A DNA stretch of 64,000 nucleotides from Anaerolineales bacterium (GTDB lineage: Bacteria > Chloroflexota > Anaerolineae > Anaerolineales > E44-bin32), in the NCBI GenBank assembly GCA_036397095.1, contig DASWJQ010000099.1, forward strand, positions 11,728 through 75,727, in the 5' to 3' direction. This document shows, in pieces, positions 61,698-64,000 of this stretch (positions within the stretch are counted from its first letter, which is position 1; each line of letters starts with the position of its first letter). The notes under the pieces are model-generated. The model had not been told where the DNA came from. It saw only the letters and a program-made list of their open reading frames with translations, and did not search any database. The position numbers and the translations under genes are program-made.

Positions 61698-62409
61698 GCG
61701 TCACCTGCTGATAGGTGGACGTGAGCTGGGCCAGACTGGTCGTGGCAACGGGCAGACTGGCGACCAATTCACCGCGGGAGAGCACATCGACACGGTCGGC
61801 CAAGCGATGGGCGCGGCCAATATCGTGAGAGGTCATGACAACCGTCCTGCCCTCGACCGCCACCTCGGACAGCAGTCGGTCGAGCATGACGGCCGCCTCC
61901 TGATCAAGCCCGGTGTGGGGCTCGTCGAGCAGCAAAACCTGCGGGCGATGCAGGATGGCTCGGCCGATGGCGAGCCGCTGTTGCATTCCGCGCGAAAACG
62001 CACGCACCAACTCATCAGCAACCCGCGTCAAACCGACCAGGGCCAGCACCTCCGTCAGCCGCCGCTCCAGATCGGGCAGACCGTACATGCGCCCAAAGAA
62101 ACGCAGGTTCTCGGCGGCGGTCAGGTCTCCATACAGCATTGGTTGGTGGGCGACTACACCTAGCAAGCGGCGGACCTGGCTCTCGCCGCCGGGGATAGGC
62201 AGACCGGCGATGCTGACCAGCCCGGCGGTTGGCCGGGCCAACGAGGTCAGAATGCGCAGGAAGGTCGTCTTGCCGGCGCCATTGGGCCCGATCAGCGCTA
62301 CGAACTCGCCGTCGCCCGCCTCGAAGGTCAGGCCGCGCAGCACCGGCTTGAGGCCGTAGCGCTTAACCAGACCACGGACTTCAATCACCAGTCGCTCGCA
62401 TGCGCTCAA
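61690..62409 (-). CDS. ccmA: Heme exporter ATP-binding protein CcmA
   Basis: Walker A GPNGAGKTT, signature FSRGMQQRL, Walker B VLLLDEP. An alternative GTG start lies at 62388. Confidence 0.85.
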   Translation of the reverse strand: MSACERLVIEVRGLVKRYGLKPVLRGLTFEAGDGEFVALIGPNGAGKTTFLRILTSLARPTAGLVSIAGLPIPGGESQVRRLLGVVAHQPMLYGDLTAAENLRFFGRMYGLPDLERRLTEVLALVGLTRVADELVRAFSRGMQQRLAIGRAILHRPQVLLLDEPHTGLDQEAAVMLDRLLSEVAVEGRTVVMTSHDIGRAHRLADRVDVLSRGELVASLPVATTSLAQLTSTYQQVTRV

Positions 62410-64000
62410 TCAACTCGCCCTTGAGACTCTGGCGCTGCCGCTCGTATTCGTCCGCCGCCAGTTCGCCCGCCTCGTGCGCATCATCCAGGGCTGCAATCGC
62501 CTGCAACAGTCTGACTTGCTCCGACTCATCGGGATCGACGGCCGCAGGCGGCGCCGGAACCGGCGCCCGCCGGTCCGACAGCCACGGCGCGTACCAGCGG
62601 TACAGGGCCACGGCCACCGCGACCAGAGCCAGCAGGCCAACAAGCCAGGCGTAGCCCTGACCACCGAGATCGATCTGGGACCACCAAGCCGGCGGCTCCA
62701 AGATCAACTCGAGTGTGTCGCCGGCCTGGAACGGGCCCAGGTCATACTGGTGCAGTTGTTCGCCGCCGGCCTGACGCAAGCCCTGATCGATCATGTTGTC
62801 GGCTTCCACCATCGGTCCGCCTTCGCCCACCAGCACCGTCACCACCTGGACCGGGACGGTAAGCGGTTGGCGCACAACGAGGCGGCCATCCAGTGGGAGG
62901 TCGAAGCTGAACACAATCTGGGCGGCTTCCCCGCCGGGCCGGATCGGGCTGAGCAAACGGAAGCCGGCCTCGGTCGGCTGGTACAGGTCACCAAGCTGCC
63001 CTTCTTCGAAGCGAAGGTTGCTGGCCTCCGGCGGCAAGGCGATCACTACCCCGCCCAGACCATCAACCGGCACGACGGTTTGCTCTCCAAGATTGGCCAG
63101 CAGCCACAGCTCGATGGCCCGCAGCGTCCCATCTGGGCCTTGCTCGAGCAGCAGATGCACCCGGCTGGCGGCCACTTGCGAGGCATCGGCCGTCGCATCG
63201 AAGACCGGCACATCCAGTTCGAGAGACTCGCCCAGCTCGGTCAGGTGGGCGACCTCCGACGAGTAGCGCACACCCTCGTATTCAGCGGTGACAACGTACA
63301 ACCGGCCGACGACAACCTCGAGCTCCCCGAAGGAGAACCCGGCGGCACCGTTGGCTGTGGCCGTCTCCGTGAAGACCTCCTGTTGGCCATCGAAGGCATG
63401 CAGCGTGACCTCGACGGGTTCGTTGATGGGTGAGTCCTCGGTTCCGGCGGTGACCCGGCCTTGGATCCGGCCTTGGGCCGCGGCTTGGTCCTCGACCGGC
63501 GGCGGATCGCCCGCTTCCTGCTCCGCAGCCGTCTGGGCTTCGGCCGGAAGCCGCTGCACCAGCGCCGCCAGGGCGTCAATTTCCTCCGGCGATAGGGCCC
63601 CCTCGAAGCCCGGCATCCCGCTGGCTTGGCCGCCGGCGATCACGGTGCTAATGGCGTCCCGTGAGCGCTGGGCATAGCTCGCCAGGTCGGCCAAGGCCGG
63701 CCCGCGCTCGGCCCCCTCTCCTGCGGGGCCGTGGCATTCGGCGCAGTGGTCGGCATACAGCGGGCGCGCCTGGGCGGCGACCGAGTCGGCAATGCCAAGC
63801 GAAAGGCTGTAGGCGACGACATCCCAACGCTGTTGATCGGTTAGGCTGACAAACGGCGGCATGAAGCGGTCGATCCGGCCTTCGGTCACGGTCTGGTACC
63901 AGTCGGCCGGCGAGGCCTGGGCCGCCAGCTCCGGATCGGCCAGCGCCGCCGGCGCCACCGGCAATTGACCCGCCTGTTCCCCGTCGCCCTGGCCGCTTTC
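62381..64000 (-). CDS. Multidomain membrane-anchored cytochrome c protein (5' end outside the window)
   Basis: CAECHG is a heme-binding site, and a second cytochrome c-like unit lies upstream. There is a beta-rich middle domain, one TM segment (YAWLVGLLALVAVAVALY) and a short helical C-terminal tail. The open frame continues to 64000. Confidence 0.7.
   Translation of the reverse strand, partial: ESGQGDGEQAGQLPVAPAALADPELAAQASPADWYQTVTEGRIDRFMPPFVSLTDQQRWDVVAYSLSLGIADSVAAQARPLYADHCAECHGPAGEGAERGPALADLASYAQRSRDAISTVIAGGQASGMPGFEGALSPEEIDALAALVQRLPAEAQTAAEQEAGDPPPVEDQAAAQGRIQGRVTAGTEDSPINEPVEVTLHAFDGQQEVFTETATANGAAGFSFGELEVVVGRLYVVTAEYEGVRYSSEVAHLTELGESLELDVPVFDATADASQVAASRVHLLLEQGPDGTLRAIELWLLANLGEQTVVPVDGLGGVVIALPPEASNLRFEEGQLGDLYQPTEAGFRLLSPIRPGGEAAQIVFSFDLPLDGRLVVRQPLTVPVQVVTVLVGEGGPMVEADNMIDQGLRQAGGEQLHQYDLGPFQAGDTLELILEPPAWWSQIDLGGQGYAWLVGLLALVAVAVALYRWYAPWLSDRRAPVPAPPAAVDPDESEQVRLLQAIAALDDAHEAGELAADEYERQRQSLKGELIERMRATGD

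Noticed and set aside
1-64000. CRISPR arrays, prophage or mobile elements, and rRNA or other large RNA genes.
   Set aside because: I saw no regularly spaced direct repeats, no transposase/integrase/recombinase-like ORFs and no rRNA-like sequence. The only repeat structure noted is the inverted repeat at 2658-2838.

Overview
High-GC (roughly 65%) gene-dense bacterial chromosomal window. I can support about 62 protein-coding genes, many translationally coupled by 1-22 nt start/stop overlaps. I saw no rRNA, tRNA, CRISPR array, transposase or integrase. The gene content looks Chloroflexota- or Actinomycetota-like, but phylum cannot be assigned from the sequence alone. Left to right: a Fur-family regulator with a CbiM/NikM Ni/Co transporter gene; an RclA-like flavoprotein; a Nik/Opp-type ABC importer; an ABC-2 exporter; a ParB/Srx-USP fusion; a coupled operon of GTP cyclohydrolase II, reductase-only RibD_C, BchC-like dehydrogenase, PTPS, GT4 glycosyltransferase, small membrane protein and SAM methyltransferase, converging on a CDP-alcohol phosphatidyltransferase and an MprF-type flippase-like protein; M29 aminopeptidase; an FAD oxidoreductase with a second flippase-like paralog; a small SWIM protein behind a promoter-leader-terminator unit; a decayed ClC channel pseudogene; HAD; moaA; RodZ; rplI; a GNAT; an Lgt-like protein; split NAD synthetase; an operon containing an ATL protein; an LCP protein; ABC-F; a selA-M24-tsaD operon; an ArsR-type regulator; a HerA/FtsK-like ATPase with a PLD protein; an HExxH lipoprotein; an orphan PhnD-like protein with a VOC protein; tag; YhhN; sixA; mutS2; a fused 2-oxoacid dehydrogenase E1; and ccmABCD with a multidomain cytochrome c. 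The best candidate for an undescribed system is the 12.4-20.0 kb GTP-derived (ribityl-pyrimidine or pterin-like) glycosyl/methyl pathway abutting a phospholipid head-group and flippase module. Secondary candidates are the leader RNA upstream of the SWIM gene, the multiply disrupted ClC gene, and the HerA-like ATPase/PLD pair. All functional calls come from motif recognition by eye; no database search was run.
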